Below, in pieces: positions 62,185 to 64,000 of a stretch of 64,000 nucleotides of DNA. Source of the stretch: Balanoglossus misakiensis. Taxonomy: Eukaryota > Animalia > Hemichordata. How positions within the stretch are numbered: the stretch's first letter is position 1; each line of letters opens with the position of its first letter. The DNA is taken from positions 10,385,337 through 10,449,336 of the forward strand of contig CM082586.2 in NCBI GenBank assembly GCA_040954595.2, read 5' to 3'. The position numbers were made by a program, and so were the translations under genes. Below the pieces are notes generated by a model, which was given only the letters and a program-made list of their open reading frames with translations, ran no database searches and was not told the origin of the DNA.

Positions 62185-62222
62185 TGAGTGACTGCGGGCA
62201 AACTTTCACCGCTCCTTATATA
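62185..62222 (-). promoter_or_regulatory. LTR Pol II core promoter: TATA box and Inr-like motif
   Basis: TATATAA at 62222-62216 and CAGT (A at 62193) 29 nt downstream. A CCAAT motif lies upstream at about 62264. Confidence 0.65.
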
Positions 62223-62293
62223 AACCTCATTTACATAGCAGGTGGCATACAAAATGTCAGCCACCAATAGAAACGCAACAGTCAGCACTTACA

Positions 62294-64000
62294 AAATCAT
62301 CAAAAAATGACAAATTTTCGACTTCGCAAAATCTCAAAATTTCGTCAATTTTTGAAAAAATCAGGGGTAAAAATCATCAAAAAATGACAAATTTTCGTCT
62401 TTGCTAAATCTCAATATTTCGTCGGTTTTTGAAAAATAATATGGGTGAAAATCATCAAAAAATGACAAATTTTCGACTTTGCAAAATCTCACAATTTCGT
62501 CGATTTTTGAAAAAAATCATGGGTGAAAATCATCAAAAAATGACAAATTATCGACTTTGCAAAATCTCAAAATTTCGTCGATTTTGAAAAAAACCATTGG
62601 GGGAAAATCATCAAAAAATGACAAATTATCGACTTTGCAAAATCTCAAAATTTCGTCCATTTTAAAAAAAAAACATGGGGGAAAATCATCAAAAAATGAC
62701 AAATTTTCGACTTTGCAAAATCTCAAAATTTCGTCGATTTTGAAAAAAAACATTGGGGGAAAATCATCAAAAAATGACAAATTATCGACTTTGCACAATC
62801 TCACAATTTCGTCGATTTTTGAAAAAAATCATGGGTGAAAATCATCAAAAAATTACAAATTTTCGACTTTGCAAAATCTCAACATTTCGTCGATTTTTGA
62901 AAAAAATCATGGGTGAAAATCATCAAAAAATGACAAATTTTCGACTTTGCAAAATCTCACAATTTCGTCGATTTTTGAAAAAAATCATGGGTGAAAATCA
63001 TCAAAAAATGACAAATTTTCGACTTTGCAAATTCTCATAATTTCGTCGATTTTAAAAAAAAACATGGGGGAAAATCATCAAAAAATGACAAATTATCGAC
63101 TTTGCACAATCTCACAATTTCGTCGATTTTTGAAAAAAATCATGGGTGAAAATCATCAAAAAATTACAAATTTTCGACTTTGCAAAATCTCAACATTTCG
63201 TCGATTTTTGAAAAAAATCATGGGTGAAAATCATCAAAAAATGACAAATTTTCGACTTTGCAAAATCTCACAATTTCGTCGATTTTTGAAAAAAATCATG
63301 GGTGAAAATCATCAAAAAATTACAAATTTTCGACTTTGCAAAATCTCAACATTTCGTCGATTTTTGAAAAAAATCATGGGTGAAAATCATCAAAAAATTA
63401 CAAATTTTCGACTTTGCAAAATCTCAAAATTTCGTCGATTTTTGAAAAAAAATCATGGGTGAAAATCATCAAAAAATTACAAATTTTCGACTTTGCAAAA
63501 TCTCAAAATTTTGTCGATTTTTGAAAAAAAATCATGGGTTCGTTGATTTTTGAAAAAAAACATGGGTGAAAATCATGAAAAAATTACAAATTTTCGAATT
63601 TGCAAAATCACAAAATTTCGTCGATTTTTGAAAAAAAAAAACATGGGTGAAAATCATCAAAAAATTACAAATTTTCGACTTTGCAAAATCTCAAAATTTC
63701 GTAAATTTTTGAAAAAAAGTCATGGGTGAAAATCATCAAAAAATTACAAATTTTCGTCTTTGCAAAATCTCAAAATTTCGTCGATTTTTGAAAAAAAAAA
63801 TCATGGGTAAAAATCATCAAAAAATTACAAATTTTCGACTTTGCAAAATCTAAAAATTTTGTCGATTTTTGAAAAAAATCATGGGTGAAAATCATCAAAA
63901 AATGACAAATTTTCGTCTTTGCAAAATCTCAAAATTTCGTCCATTTTTGAATAAAAATCATGGGTGAAAATCATCAAAAAATGACACATTTTCGACTTTG
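62294..64000 (+). repeat. 78-bp satellite main array, continuing beyond the window
   Basis: Same monomer, collinear with 49224 onward. Confidence 0.98.

Larger units (their letters stand above)
54326..62293 (-). mobile_element. Full-length, apparently intact BEL/Pao LTR retrotransposon (7968 bp), 5-bp TSD AAATC
   Basis: Two TG…CA LTRs, AAATC at 54321-54325 and 62294-62298, and a single uninterrupted gag-pol ORF. The satellite resumes in register. Confidence 0.97.
61630..62293 (-). repeat. 5' LTR (664 bp)
   Basis: Upstream of gag-pol on the minus strand, with TG…CA ends. Confidence 0.97.

Noticed and set aside
12055-64000. Dozens of 60-145-aa ORFs with MGENHQKMTNFRLCKISKFRRFLKKI-type repeats
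   Set aside because: They are translations of the 78-bp satellite (78 = 3 x 26), broken at random by homopolymer length changes. No evidence of coding function.

Overview
Eukaryotic window, probably from a marine invertebrate, at the edge of a large AT-rich satellite array. No clear host gene is present. 1-2.6 kb: a spliced, singly frameshifted gene for a RAG1/Transib-like (CMC-type) DDE transposase that runs off the left edge. 3.45-5.45 kb: a decayed Ty3/Gypsy pol fragment with integrase upstream of RT (Gmr1-type order). 5.5-12 kb: non-coding DNA with several MITEs, including a 33-bp CAC...GTG palindrome with a 5-bp TSD and a TTAA element nested in a TAG...CTA element with a 9-bp TSD. 12.1-64 kb: a 78-bp satellite with kb-scale higher-order duplications. 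The satellite is interrupted by an internally deleted, partly duplicated Academ transposon (14711-20226), by an orientation switch at a spacerless palindrome (about 21160), and by an intact BEL/Pao LTR retrotransposon (54326-62293, minus strand, apparently identical 664-bp LTRs, TSD AAATC). Top lead: the BEL element has no canonical TGG tRNA primer-binding site. Splicing of a predicted intron in its LTR would create an exon junction with 11 nt of perfect complementarity to the PBS position, suggesting splicing-dependent self-priming. All calls come from reading the sequence by eye; no database searches were run.
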